64,000 bases of DNA from Octopus sinensis (taxonomy: Eukaryota). Position numbers and translations under genes: made by a program. Position 1 is the stretch's first letter, and each line of letters opens with the position of its first letter. The DNA lies in contig NW_021836171.1 of NCBI RefSeq assembly GCF_006345805.1, forward strand, positions 1 through 64,000, read 5' to 3'. Shown in pieces: positions 12,847 through 27,134 of this stretch. The notes beneath the pieces are model-generated. The model did not search any database. It worked only from the letters and a program-made list of their open reading frames with translations, and was not told where the DNA came from.

Positions 12847-12850
<4 letters not shown>
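12007..12850. mobile_element. Tigger/pogo-like MITE interrupted by a SINE A array
   Basis: TA+cagtaatccctcaccgtatcgcgg left end; right end ttcgcgaatttttaccta..ggaacgtaaaacgcgcgat is Tigger-like with a degenerate TIR. Confidence 0.55.
12068..12665 (+). mobile_element. SINE family A, three tandem units
   Basis: ccgaggtcgac..ggggtcga core three times; junction aaagacata|ggtatttcg at 12298. Confidence 0.85.
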
Positions 12851-12911
<61 letters not shown>

Positions 12912-12914
<3 letters not shown>

Positions 12915-13112
12915 TTAATCCAAACATGAAAACGCAAAGAGAAAACAGAACAACGCGAGGACGTGGAACAAATATAGTATTATTGGACGCTCAGGAAAAA
13001 AGGAGGGTTCAACGTTTCGAGTGGAGCTCTTCGTCAGAAACATAGGAAAAGGAAAGATCCAAAGAAGGGAAGACGGAGGAAGAAAAATCGCCAACGGTAC
13101 ACACGCGGTCAA
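12912..13112 (-). mobile_element. Short repeat (probable Penelope pLTR derivative); partial second copy at ~28573-28668
   Basis: aagttaatccaaac..aacaacgcgagga.gtggaacaaata..gtattattggacgctcagga is shared with 28573; abuts (TA)n. Confidence 0.6.
13007..13041 (-). ncRNA. Minimal type-I hammerhead-like motif (CUGACGA + extra A)
   Basis: Minus strand: gttt CTGACGA A GAG CTCCA CTC GAAAC GTT gaac; palindromic AACGTT stem III, stem I gttt/gaac. Confidence 0.6.
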
Positions 13113-13352
13113 AAGAAAGCGAAAGGTGCGGACTTTCAGATGACTTTCATTTGTATATCATATCTATACATATATATATATATGTATAGATACACATATA
13201 CGTATATGCATATACAGACAGAATTCTGGTTTCTGCACCTCGTATAACATCTCATACCGTTTCATTTTTAAATTTTTACAAAATATTTGCGAGTCTGTAT
13301 TCTACACACGGGAATTCACATGATTACTCAAAAACAGGTGTGTGTGAGAGAG

Positions 13353-13387
<35 letters not shown>

Positions 13388-13727
13388 AAGGTGATTCATC
13401 TATTGTTTTTAGTAAATCTCACGTCCACCTGATACCTACCTTGATTCTTTGTCTTTGATGTTTCTCAATATTTTTCTATCCCTAAACACAGCTTATGGAA
13501 TAATGATGTAACCAAGGATGGCCCACTGCTGGTGTTTAAAAAAAAAACTGACTGTTTTACATTTGATTGTAACAAAAGTTCGAAAAAAGAGGAGAGAGAG
13601 GGGTTTGAAAATTCAAATGAATGTTTTCGATAATCGTATGATTACTCTCCAAAACGTAAAACAACCATGAGGAATTATGGGAGTACTTAAACCATAATAT
13701 ATATATATATATATATATATATAGGCA

Positions 13728-14092
13728 CAGGTGTGATTGTGAGGTGAGAAGCTTGCTTCATTACCACACAATTCGAGGTTCAGTTTCGCTCTGTTGCAAC
13801 TTCGCCAAGTGCCTTCTACTACAGCCATGGACCTACCACAACCTTGTGAGAGGATTTGATTGGCGGAAACTAAAAGGAAGCCGTCGTATGTGTGTATGTA
13901 TATTTGTAGCAAAACCGCTTGCCAAGCGGTGTTGGTATATTTAGGTATCCGTAACCTAGCGGGTTCAGCACAACAGATCAATAGAGTAAGTAGTAAGCTT
14001 AAAGACATATAAGATATAAGTTGCGGGAGCGATTTGTTCGACTAGAAACCTTCAAGGTGGTGCCCCAACAGTCGAATGACTGAAACAAGTGA
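13728..14092 (+). mobile_element. SINE family B, diverged
   Basis: gaagcttgcttc..caagtgccttctactacagcc..gaagccgtcg..gaatgactgaaacaagt. Confidence 0.8.
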
Positions 14093-14100
14093 CATGCATG

Positions 14101-14660
<560 letters not shown>

Positions 14661-16280
14661 AACACGTATATATTAGTATCACATTAAGAAAGTTATCGTC
14701 ACTGCGAATCGAGAAAGCTAGAGAAGAGATTGCGACGACTGGCCAATGAGTGATCCACTGTGCAAGTGTTAGATAAGCAAGACATGGCAAACAAGTCACC
14801 CTCATTGTTAAAAGAAAGAATCGCATATAACTCTCCCACCTGTGCAACGCTGCAAATCTTTATCTAAATAGATGAATAGAGCTGCTCTATGAGGATAGAA
14901 AGCAATATGAGCAATGCCAACAACATGAATAAAAACGTCGATAGAAACAAACAGAACAGGAGGTCAATTTGCATCCTTGAATGGTCTGTTGAAACTATTC
15001 TGTTGTATAAAACGCCAGGTTATCCATTGACATTAAATTATATGTACGCAGTGTTTCTTTTGCAGAACTCGAGATGCACCAGTTCTTCATATCTAACACC
15101 ACTTTGCAAACTAACCGTTTTGTATAAGCACACCGCATTCTTTTTATTTCTGAATCATAGTGTGTGAATTCATTTATTAACCTACATATATTTAACTACT
15201 TCTCAATCTACATTTACACACAAATACAGACACACACACACACATATATATACATATATATATGTATTTGTGATGGCACGCCCGCATATGTACACTGAGC
15301 AACCGGTACTCAATGGTTTTCACAAAGACGTTGATAGAAGCAAACAAACCCCCTCAACATATTTTATTCCAGACTTGTCTGCAGACAACTGTTTATCTAT
15401 AGAAATTCTTGGACATCAATTTCTCTTAACAATATTACAGTACGTATACATACGTACCTAACTATGTAAGTAAGTATGTACACAAACGCATAAGCATATA
15501 TATATATATCTATATATATATATAAACATATATGTCTATTTCTCCCTGTCACTTTTTATACGTAAATATATATTAATTATACATTCACATACACAATATA
15601 TTTTATATATATGTATATTTTTATGTACACATATGTGCATATTTATATATATGCACACATTTGCTGATATATATAATATATATATTATATATATATATAT
15701 AATATATGTAATATATATATATACGTACATAAACACATAGAAACATGGCACTTATTCAACAGACACATATATACTTACACGTATAAATACATACGCGCAC
15801 ACATACACACATATATATACTTACACGTATACATACATGCATGCACACATACACATATATATATATACTTACACGTATACATACATGCATGCACACATAC
15901 ACACATATATGCGCATACATTCGTAGAAATATATATGTACATGTACACATGTATTTGTTTGCGTACACACATATATTCTCTAGACATCTATTTTCCTGTA
16001 CAATCTGAGGGCGTATGTACAAATCTATTATTCTTCAGATGAACGTTATTTTGAAGAAATAGATGAGAAATAGTCAGCGGAAGGTGTGTGTTTGTGCGGT
16101 GGCAGGTGATAGAACAAAGGAAAGAAGGAAAGGAGAAAACATACTAAGAGTGGCTGACATAGAAAGTGAGAAAGAAAACGAGAGATAGAGACGGATAGAG
16201 GGAGAGCGAGTGAGAAGGAGTGAGGGATAAAGATGTGCAACGAAAGAGAGAGATAACAAGATGGAGGTTTAGTGAGTTAG

Positions 16281-16319
<39 letters not shown>

Positions 16320-17532
16320 TAGCCAATCAGATTGTAGTTTTGTTGTTTGTTTCACTATTGCTTATTACTGATCTGTTTGTAAAATATACGCTCTGGGCAT
16401 GGAACAATTGACTGGAAAGATAGCGAGTATGATGCGAAAGAGAATAATAAGTAGTATGATGTTGGTGGGGGGATTGGCAGAGGGGGAGAGAAAGAAGGAG
16501 CGAGCGGGGCAGGGTGTGTAAGTATGTGCGAGTGTCGTAGTTGTGGGGTGGGGGGCGGAAGAAGGATATGTAAGATGGAGACGGAAGATGATGATAATGA
16601 TGATGTTGATGGTGGTGCTGGCAATGGTTACAAAGTGTTGGTGAGGATTATGGTGATGATTACAATATAATGACGGCCACGACGATGTCTACGTCGACGG
16701 GGACAACGACAAAGACGACGATGTCTACGTCGACGGGGACAACGACAAAGACGACGATGTTGCAGATTATATTGAAGACGGACTTAATAGTGTTCACGTC
16801 GATGATGATGATGATGATGATGAGAATAATGAGGAGGAAGAAAGATTAATTGCACTATCTTACAAAGTAATCAGTTTTAACAGATTTAAAATCTTAAAAC
16901 CCATACAAAAAAAGAACTTCAGTGGATTCGCATTTTGTTTTTAACTCTTAGTGGACAGAGCATGCGATCCGCCTTGAGACTAGTTTCTAGTCTTTTTTCA
17001 TCTTCATCAGTGAAAGAATTCCGATTTTTTGCCTATGGAGATACTAGATGATTATCAGTACTTATAGTGCTATACAATGTAACACGTTTTTATATTGGCC
17101 CCTTAACAACGTTATTAACTAATAAGGCCTAGCTCAATATTTTATGGTTTATTTTGAATGCAAAGAGATTTTCTCAATATAGAAAAACAAATTTTTAGCT
17201 TCACTTTGCTAAGGAAATAATGCCATCAGATGACAGGTTTATATGCGATTAACTTGGGTAGAAAAAAAACACCGTTCTGAGAGGTTGCTATTCTCTTTTT
17301 TTATTTTCTACTGAATAGCAGTACTCAATTTACATCCAGAGAGATTTTCTAATCTAACTGGTAGCGTTTCAGAGTGTATAAATTAGAGGACGTAGCTAAA
17401 ATTACCTGTCAACTGAACTTAACATTGAATCTGTTGTCAACCTGATTAACTTATGATAACAAATAATTTTGTAAGGAAAAACTTTCATTGAATGCGATGA
17501 AAAAAAATAAGGTATAACTTGAGAAGTTATAC

Positions 17533-17655
17533 CTGTGTGGTAATAACTTGCTTACCAACCACATGATTCCGGGTTCAGTCGCACTGCGTGGCACCTTGGG
17601 CATGTTTTTCTTCTATGGCCTCGGGCCGACCAAAGACTTGTGAAGGAAGCCTGTC

Positions 17656-17725
<70 letters not shown>

Positions 17726-18014
17726 ATGTGTATGTGTGTGTGTGTGCGTGCGTGTGTGTGTGTGCGTGTGTGTGTGTGTGCGTGTGTGTGTGTGTGTGTG
17801 TTTGTGTATCTGTGTTTGCCATCCTCCAACACCGCTTGACAATCGATGCTAGTTTGTTTACGTCCCCGTAACTTAGCGATTCAGCAAAAGAGACCGATAG
17901 AATAAGTACCAGGCTTACAAAGAATAAGTTCTGTGGCCGATTTGCTCGACTAAAGACGGTGCACCAGCATGGCCACAGTCAAATGACTGAAATAAGCAAA
18001 CGAGTAAAGAGAGT
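17533..18014 (+). mobile_element. SINE family B with ~140-bp internal (TA)n(TG)n
   Basis: Family B head and aagagt tail. Confidence 0.85.
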
Positions 18015-18577
18015 AATCAAAAATTATTATTATGATGATACTTCTTGTGGGAGACGGTGACTTTGCAGAATCGTTATCGTACCTGATAAGTCCTTGCATT
18101 TTTTCCCGGATTTACGTCCTCATTTTGCAGAGGTCGACTCTGCGTTTCATTCATTTGAAGATCAATAAGATAAGTCCCGAATAACCATCAGCAAGTATAC
18201 CTATTGTATAAATTAATGTATTTCTCGTTGTGAATAAAAAAAAATGTTACGTCATCAGGTTTTACCTCTTTGTGTGTAACAAAGTCTGTTTAATCTCTTC
18301 GACGCTCCAACAGATTTTACAATTGACATATTCGTTAGCGTATCGGGCAAATGGTTTCCGGCAGTTTCCCCTTTCTGTAACAACAGATCTTGCCGAGGTC
18401 AGCTTCGGCTTTCATCCTCTCTGAGCCGAAAAATAATGAATCCGTCCGGAAACGTAATGTGCTTCCTGTCTCTTACCTTTCTTTGTCTTTCTCTCTCTGT
18501 CCCACCTTCACTTTTTCTATCTATCTATCTATCTATCTATCTATGTGTCTGTCTGTCTATCTCTCTCTTTACTTACT

Positions 18578-18961
18578 TACTCTTACTTGTTTCAGTCATT
18601 TGACTGTGGCCAAGCTAGAGCACCGCCTTTAGTCGAGCAAATCAACCCCAGAACTTATTCTTTGTAAGCCTAGTACTTATACTATCGGTCTCTTTAGCTG
18701 AACCGCTAAGTTACGGAGACAGAAACACACCAGCATCGGTTGTCAAACGATGTTGTGGGGAGAAACACAGACACACAAACACACATATATACACACATAT
18801 ATGTATCCGACGGGCTTCTTTCAGTTACCGTCTGCCAAATCCACTCACAAGATTTTGGTCAGCCCGAAGCTATAGTATAAGACACTTGCCCAAGGTGCAA
18901 TGCAGTGAGACTGAACCTGGAACCATGTGGTTCGTAAGCAAGCTACTTACCACACAGCCAC
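18578..18961 (-). mobile_element. SINE family B
   Basis: tttcagtcatttgactgtggcc ... gactgaacc.ggaaccatgtgg..ctacttaccacacagccac. Confidence 0.85.
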
Positions 18962-19037
18962 TTCTTTCTGTCACACTTAGTCATTTCAATTAGATTCAAT
19001 ATATTTGTCATTGTAATTAGATCTAATATAGAGACGT

Positions 19038-19422
19038 CGTGGAGGCGCAATGGCCCAGTGGTTAGGGCAGCGGACTCGCGGTCATAAGATCGCGGTTTCG
19101 ATTCCCAGACCAGGCGTTGTGAGTGTTTATTGAGCGAAAACACCTAAAGCTCCACGAGGCTCCAGCAGGGGATGGGGTGATCCCTGCTGTACTCTTTCAC
19201 CACAACTTTCTCTCACTCTTCTTCCTGTTTCTGTGTACCTGTATTTCAAAGGGCCGCCATGTCACTGTCTGTGTCATCCTGAATATCCCGAGAACTACGT
19301 TAAGGTACACCTGTCTGTGGAGTGCTCGGCCACTTACACGTTAATTTCACGAGCAGGCTGTTCCGTTGATTCGGATCAACCGGAACCCTCGTCGTCGTAA
19401 CCGACGGAGTGCTTCCAATCCA
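19038..19422 (+). mobile_element. tRNA SINE family C head + tail ii, 13-bp TSD
   Basis: TSD aatatagagacgt at 19025-19037 and 19423-19435. Confidence 0.9.
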
Positions 19423-19589
19423 AATATAGAGACGTACCCCTTGATTTCTAAAAATACTTAAGAGTCGTCATACATCACAATCTGGCTCTACGGCGATATT
19501 AAGACGGTGAAGATGCAATGCATTGCCATTAGTGACTGCCAGGAGAAATTTCTAGTCTTATTAGATTTTATGAAACTATTTTATGGTCA

Positions 19590-19736
19590 GGCGTAGGAGT
19601 AGCTGGCTTACCAACCACATGGTTCCGGGTTAAGTCCCACTGCATGGCACCTCGGGCAAGGTTCTTCTACTATAGCCTCGGGCCGACCAAAGCTTTCTGA
19701 GTGAATATGGTAGGACGGATCTGAAAGAAGCCCGTC

Positions 19737-19771
<35 letters not shown>

Positions 19772-20025
19772 CTATATATATATATATATACATATATAAA
19801 TGTGTGTATATGTTTGTGTGCTGTGTTTGTCACTCCAACATCGCTTTACAACTGATGTTGGTGTGTTTACGTCCACGCAACTTAACATTCGGTAAAAGAG
19901 ACCAATAAAATAAGTACTAGGCTTACAAAGAATAAGCCCTGGGTCCGATTTGCTCTACTATAAGGCGGCGCTCCATCATGGCCACAATCAAATAACTGAA
20001 ACAATTAAAAGATTAAAAGAGTTAA
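19590..20025 (+). mobile_element. SINE family B
   Basis: Family B consensus with internal (TA)n. Confidence 0.85.
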
Positions 20026-20365
20026 GATTAAAGATTAACCATGCTGTCAGCAGTTAGATTTGAAAGACAGAACTGCTTGTCGTTGTATACAACCCCGAGC
20101 ATGGCTAGGTTGGGCCGTGCAAATCAACATCATACATTTTTATCGGAGTAGAAATATAACTACTGCAGGAAATATTTTGTTTACTGCACCCAACAAGATA
20201 AAAATTATATGTTTATCAAAAATGCATGGTTTACGCTACCTTTCAAATTACCAACAAAACAATGTGTATTGCATTATTTATTGAATAAAGATAACCAAAA
20301 AGGTGAACAAGTTTCGAAGAAACGGAAAGAGGGGGAAGTGATTGAAACAAACTGAAACAAAGCAA

Positions 20366-20396
<31 letters not shown>

Positions 20397-21337
20397 ATAG
20401 AGCAATGGTGACAGTATTAATTGTGACAATGTGAACAACAGAGATGGCGATGATAATAACAAAAGCAACAAAATGAAGCGAAGATGAAACATATGATGAT
20501 GATGATGATGATGATTATGATGATGATGGTGTCGGTGGTGATGTAGGTGCAGATTGCAGATGGTGGTAATGAAGGGATATTAAAAGCGAGTGAGCGGATA
20601 AGGATTCGGTTGTTGGTACAGCAAAATACAGCAACAACAAATAAAACTGAAGAAAATGAGGGATACGAAGGAAAGAGAAAATGGATACAAAAGAGCAAAA
20701 TAATGCAATGAAGATTCCCAGACCATTTCAACATTGTACACTCGCACAAACTGTACTAGAAATTCTCACATCCATTTACTTATTCTAGCATTCAGTCATA
20801 AAATATAAGGTGAGTTTCCGGTCTTAATTCACGAGTCCTCCATTTGGCGACTCGTTATTAAGGGTCAGCCATTATGTATTCATTTCCTGGGTTCAACTTG
20901 AGCTCCTTTCGCATGTTCCAGATCCATTAAGTTGGTCTTTCGCTGTTTCTCACATCCCTGTGAGTTGTTGTCATCCTCAATCATTCAGCCACTCATACGT
21001 CTCGCAGCTTTTTCAACAGACAAGGAAATCTCACTAGATAAGGCTAATTCGAATTAGCCAGATTTGCTTGACCAGTTCAGGCACTTGTTTACTTTCCCTC
21101 TCTGAAGCTTTCTCAAACCCACGCCCTCAAGAGACTGTCAGTTTAATCAGAATTATCTATTAAGTCCATTTTAGGATATTTGGAGATTATAGGGCAGTGT
21201 TTCTCAGCCGGCATGTAAGTGGCCCTTGGAAATACATAATATTTTATTGTTAAAATTTATCTACAATAAATTGGTTCAACATCTACAATATCCTAAATCT
21301 TTAATTTTTTGTATAATTCCTAATAATATTTAAATAT

Positions 21338-21612
21338 GTTTGTTCTTTCTCGAGCCATGCCTGGCTCATAAGGGCCGGTTTCCCGGTTTTCTTGGCATAT
21401 ACGTTTCCTACCTGAACGATACGTCGGTCTGTCGCAGGTGAGCTGCAAGACGCAGGAGGAAAGAGTGAGAGAATGTTGTGACGAAAGAGTCAGCAGAAGT
21501 TCGCCATTACCTTCTGCTGGAGCCGCAGACACATTGTTCGGTCTGAGATTCGAACCCACCATCCCTCGACCGCGAGTCCGCTGCTCTAACCTCTAGGCCA
21601 TGTACCTCCACC
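21338..21612 (-). mobile_element. Diverged SINE C-like head + tail i variant, 13-bp TSD
   Basis: TSD aatatttaaatat at 21325-21337 and 21613-21625. Confidence 0.75.
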
Positions 21613-22864
21613 AATATTTAAATATAACAATACAGTTAGATTTTTTTATATGTATGGAATAGCTATGGATATGCAGTAGAGTGATACAAGAACGAACGGA
21701 GTCCATATTCATAACAAATGTTCTAGGGTAAGCGACGTTTCCTTTTCAGCCGCACCACATCTCTCCTAAGTGCTGGGAGATTTGATTAGTCCCTAGGAAG
21801 ATATTGATATCTCTTACTCTCTGATGATCTGACCAGCTGTGGGCTGATCTCAGGAACGTGAAATATTTATTTTTCCTCTGGTACAAGATATCACTCAGGT
21901 GTAGCCATTGCATCATCCAGGTATCCTGTGGTATAGTACAAACTGGTACACTCCCAGGGTGTGTGTCAACGTGGTTTTCTCTCCATTGAACTGTAACGGG
22001 AGTCCTCAATTATCCACTACCAATGCAAGTTCATTGATATTTTTAATGGTGATACACTGGATCGGAGCAGGAAATCGATGAGGAAGTCACCAGGCTTTCA
22101 AATTCAGGTGATGTGCTCTTCACTCTCGCATTTCCCAATTTAAATTTCTCTATTAAGATCTAAACTTCAGACGTGGATTTTTCCTTCCTTCCTCATGTCT
22201 CTTAGCTCAGTATTAATTCAGTTAAATTCTTCGTTTTACTTGTATTTTACTTTCTAGAATATCTCCTGTCAGAACGGTATCATTGTCGAAACGTCCCATT
22301 TATTGTCTAAGTTTCATGTTATCAAATCTGGAATGGTGTTGATATAATGAAGAAATTTTTTTTGTTATAGCTTAGTCTATGGTCAACAGTGATTGAAGAA
22401 GTTGATTGCGAAAAGCATCCGAATGTGACTGTCCTGACATTTTTTCTCTATCGATAAGAACATTATCCTATGTGTTACTACTTACGTCGCATTTTAACGG
22501 AATAGGCATACGATATGATCGATATTTGAATGATATAAGCTATATTTTTAACGAAACGAATAACCACATTACTGTTAACCTGTTAAGTTAAATATCCTGA
22601 ATTCACTGCCGCTGCTTCTGCTGCTACTACTGTTACTTGTTGCTGCTTCTTATTTATTACGCAAGACAAATATGATCGTGCAAAACTCTGCTGTCACCAT
22701 TCTGTCTTGTTGAAAGTAAGAAGTATTACATAATCCTATAACGCGTCCTTAGACATGGAATGGTTTGACAGGAGTGTTTCGTTAACAGCAAGATCATCGC
22801 ACATAAGGAATTCAAAGCAGATTGTCTGAAGTATATGACAACATTCCGATTCCATAATGGGTAA

Positions 22865-23645
22865 AGTGGCGAGCTGGTAGAACCGTTAACACGCCGGGTA
22901 AAATGCTTAGTCGTATTTCGTCTGCCGCTACTTTCTGAGTTCGAATTCCGCCGAGGTCGACTTTGCCTTTCATCCTTTCGGGGTCGATTAAGTAAGTACG
23001 AGTTACGCACTGGGGTCGAGATAAACGACTTAATCCGATTGTCTGTCCCTGTTTGTAGCCCGTTGTGGGTAGTAAAGAAATAGGTATTTCGTCAGCCACT
23101 ACATTCTGAGTTCAAATTCCGCCGAGGTCGACTTTGCCTTTCATCCTTTCAGGATCGATTAAATAAGTATCAGTTACGTACTGGGTCGATATAATCGACT
23201 TTATCCGTTTGTCTGTCCTTGTTCGTCCCCTCTGTGTTTTTTGCTCCTTGTGGTAGTAAAGAAATAGGCATTTCTTCTGTCTTTACGTTCAGAGTTCAAA
23301 TTCCGCCGAGGCCGACTTTGCCTTTCATCATTTCGGGGTTGATAAATTAAGTACCAGTTACGGACTGGGGTTGATGTAATCGACTTAATCCCTTTGTCTG
23401 TCTGTCCTTGTGTGTCTCCTCTATGTTTAGCCCCTTTTAGATAATAAAGAAATAAAAGTTAGCACGCCGGGCGAAATGCTCAGTGATATTTCGTCTGTCT
23501 TTACGTTCTGAAATCAAATTCCGCCGCGGTCGACTTTGCCTTTCCTCCTTTCGTGATCGATAAATTAAGTACCAGTTACGGACTGGGGTCAATGTAATCG
23601 ACTGGCCCCCTCAACCGGGCCTTTTGCTTAAAGTAGACAAGACTA
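22865..23645 (+). mobile_element. SINE family A, four tandem units
   Basis: Junctions after aaagaaata at 23082, 23266 and 23454. Confidence 0.9.
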
Positions 23646-24351
23646 TTTCGATTCCTGCTTTTCCTAAGTTCATTTTAGTTTCATGTTTTAGTATTTCGGT
23701 GAAAGCTATTCACATCATAGTCTCTTATTCTCCTTATTTCTTCTTAATTATTAAACTGAAGTACTGTGTCAAAAGCAATGATATTGAGCATTTTAGAACT
23801 TGAGGAGTGTAGCAAACACGGTCTGGTTATGTGTCGGAATATATTCAATATACATTCATTTAAGTAATAAGAGATTCGTTAGCTTAAGTTACTGTTAACA
23901 TATCTAATGATTCGTACACTGAAATCTAATTAGAAATAATTAAATTGTTCTGAAGAAATAACTTTACTAGTTCAATGAAGAATAAGTATGATTTTAATTA
24001 TTCCCGGAAGTACGAGAGATGACCTCGTACACGTTTTAATGTTATGAAATCTCGTCAGTAAGGCATAATTACACAGTACCCGATGAAGTAGTAATGGGAT
24101 AATCATGGAATAGATGTACAAGATTGTGTAAAGATGAACAATTAACATATTAAATAAATAAATTACAGAAGATAAATACTCGGGTTAATTCCGTGAGGTC
24201 ACTTTTATCCTTATGAAAAGAAAAGTTAAATTGGTGTCTACACATTTAATGTAGTGAACATTGAGACATCTAATTAGAAATATTTATGCAGTGAAATAGA
24301 GACAACAGAAGTTCAATTGCTAATTTTTATCCTGATATATGTTCGTCTAGT

Positions 24352-24555
24352 AAGATGGCGATCGTAGGAGAATCGTTAGCCCGCTGTGACATTTTGGCCG
24401 TCGTTTGATTGTGAGTTCAAATTCCGCCGAGGTCGATGTTGCCTTTCAGCCTTTCGCGGTCGATAAAATAAGTACCAATCGAGCACTGGAGTGGATGTAA
24501 TCCACTTAGACCCTCCCTCAAAATTGTTGGTCTTGTGACGAAATCTTAAAGCCAT
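24352..24555 (+). mobile_element. SINE family A, older copy
   Basis: gagttcaaattccgccgaggtcgatgttgcctttcagcc..ggtcgataaaataagtacc. Confidence 0.8.
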
Positions 24556-24587
24556 ATTTTTTTACTCAATAAGAGATTTTTATTTTT

Positions 24588-24811
24588 TACATGTTTCAGT
24601 AATTTGACTGTGGCCATGCTGGAGCACCGCTTTTAATCGAGCAACTCGACCCCGGGATCTATTCTTTGTAAGCCCAGTACTTATTCTATAGGTCTCTTTT
24701 GCCGAACCGCTAAGTGACGGGGACATAAACACACCAGCATCGGTTGTCAAGCAATGCTAGGGGGACAAACACAGACACACACACACATATATATATGTAC
24801 ATATATATATG

Positions 24812-24868
<57 letters not shown>

Positions 24869-25030
24869 GACGGGCTTCTTCCAGTTTCCGTCTACCAAAT
24901 CTACTCACAAGGCTTTGGTCGGCCCGAGGTAATACTAGAAGACACTTGCCCAAGGTGCCACGCAGTGGGACTGAACCCGGAACCATGTGGTTGGTAAACA
25001 AGCTACTAACCACACAGCCACTACTGCGCC
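24588..25030 (-). mobile_element. SINE family B
   Basis: Close to family B consensus, internal (TA)n. Confidence 0.9.
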
Positions 25031-25629
25031 TGTTTAAGTATTCTTAAGCCTTCGCAGTGACGCAAATTTTGTATCACGTAGGTGAGAAACTTAACATAAT
25101 TTTAAAAGATAAACCCCCTCAGGTCATTCATGGAATGACGTCATCGACATGAAATCACGTCATCGACATGAAATCAGCAGTTAATTGAGTGTTAATTAAA
25201 TGCAGTGATTATCAACATCGCATTATATATCAACTTCGTTAAAATTAAAAATTGTTATATGAAGTGGCTGTATTTATGACTGTCTCTGAATACATTTAAG
25301 AACAATCGCGTCGTTATATATCTGCTCACATATAAGATTCGAACCGGCCACTCATCGACGAAACATCCGTGTCACGTTTTACAGTTTCCCTTTCTCCTAA
25401 AATACCGGAATATTTAAGTGTGATAACTTTTATAGAAATATACAAAGCAATAATGATAAATAGAAGATAAAATATTTTAAACGTTTTTCAAAACCGAAAA
25501 CCATTAAGTAAGCGTGGCTAAATATCACAGACGTCGAGCCTGATTCAATTTGATACGATCTTTCAGGAAATGATAATTTTTGAAATGGTCCTCTATATTA
25601 CGTAGGTTGTATAAATCTGTTTCATTATA

Positions 25630-25703
25630 TATATATTATGTGTGTGTATGTATGTATGTATATATATGTGTATGTATATGTATAATATGTGTGTATGTAT
25701 ATA

Positions 25704-25747
<44 letters not shown>

Positions 25748-26370
25748 GTGTGTATGTATGTATGTATATATATATGTATATATATATATATGTGTGTATG
25801 TATGTGTATATATATATGTATATATATATGTGTGTATGTATGTATTATATATATATGTGTGTATGTATGTATGTATGTATATATATATGTATATAGGTGT
25901 ATGTAATGTATATATATATATGTGTGTGTATGTATGTATGTATGTATATATATATGTATATATGTATGTATATGTATATATGTATATATATATATGTATA
26001 TATGTATGTATATGTATATATACATGTATATATATATGCATATGTGTATATGTATATATGTATGTATATGTATATATATGCATATATATGTATATGTATA
26101 TATATGCATATATATGCATATATATATACGTATATATATATATATGTATATATATATGCATATATATATGCATATATGTATATATACTATTATAATATAT
26201 GTATATGTATATATATGTATATGTATATATATGTATATTATATATATATATATGCATATATATATGTATATATATGTATATATATATATGTATATATATG
26301 TATATATATATATATATGTATATATATGTATATATATGTATATATGTACGTATGCATGTATGTATTCATA
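25630..26370. repeat. Long (TA)n/(TATG)n microsatellite
   Basis: Direct reading. Confidence 0.95.
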
Positions 26371-27134
26371 AATATTGTGTCGCTTGGTGTAAAAGAATGT
26401 TATTTTGTTTCACTGTCCTTTGTTACACATCTACTGATTCCAGACGGTCGACTGTGACCGTTCCAAATACCGATGAGCTCAACAACAGCAGATTAAGTAA
26501 ACCGATAAATAGCATTAAACTCTTGACTGCAAAAAGCCTTTTAAACCTACATAGGTAGCTGCAAATATCTTCCATATATCGAAGCAAACGTTGAAATGCG
26601 TCAATGTGTCGCTCGACAAATAGCGGGGAGTAATGCATGTCATATTTGGACTATAGATTATCTAGAACGCTAGTAGATAGATGAATGTAGATAAGTTGTA
26701 TACACTTTCATCTAGTTGCAGACCACAGTTTTGTAATCGGTACGGTCAACTTCGATAGGGTTAGACACATAACTGATTACTGTTAGCAGACCGCATATTT
26801 TTCTGACATTATACGCATTCACTGACCTGATTCCAGAGATAGTAGAGAATTGACGTGACTCATTATGAATAACAGATGTTGGAGATATTAAAACCGCAAA
26901 GAAAAAAAAACACTAATAATAATTATTGTGAATCCATTAGGTTCAGAGAAGATATGGCGCCAGACTAAAGCGGGATTTAGTCGACAAAATTAAATGAGAA
27001 TTTAAAAATATATTGAGTGAGAGATGCTGATTTTCTAGCTGGAAGAAATAACTTCCGTTGTTTCTTTTAACATTTAACACGGAAATTTGTGTTGTTCGTG
27101 TATACGATGTTTACAATCGTACACCTGCGTAAAA

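Noticed and set aside
21195-21330. hAT-type MITE starting cagtgtttctcagcc
   Set aside because: Matching right TIR and 8-bp TSD not found
21746-22130. Complex sequence that may be an exon or old LINE fragment
   Set aside because: Stops in the frames after the obvious acceptor and no recognisable motif
22266-22298. Degenerate hammerhead ending GAAACGTC
   Set aside because: No CUGANGA core or credible stem I; single copy
25138-25175. 19-bp tandem duplication overlapping a TGACGTCA (CRE) site
   Set aside because: A single motif in probable repeat-derived DNA with no promoter context
26444-26554. Possible exon [16 protein letters not shown]...
   Set aside because: Weak donor (GTAGCT) and no recognisable homology
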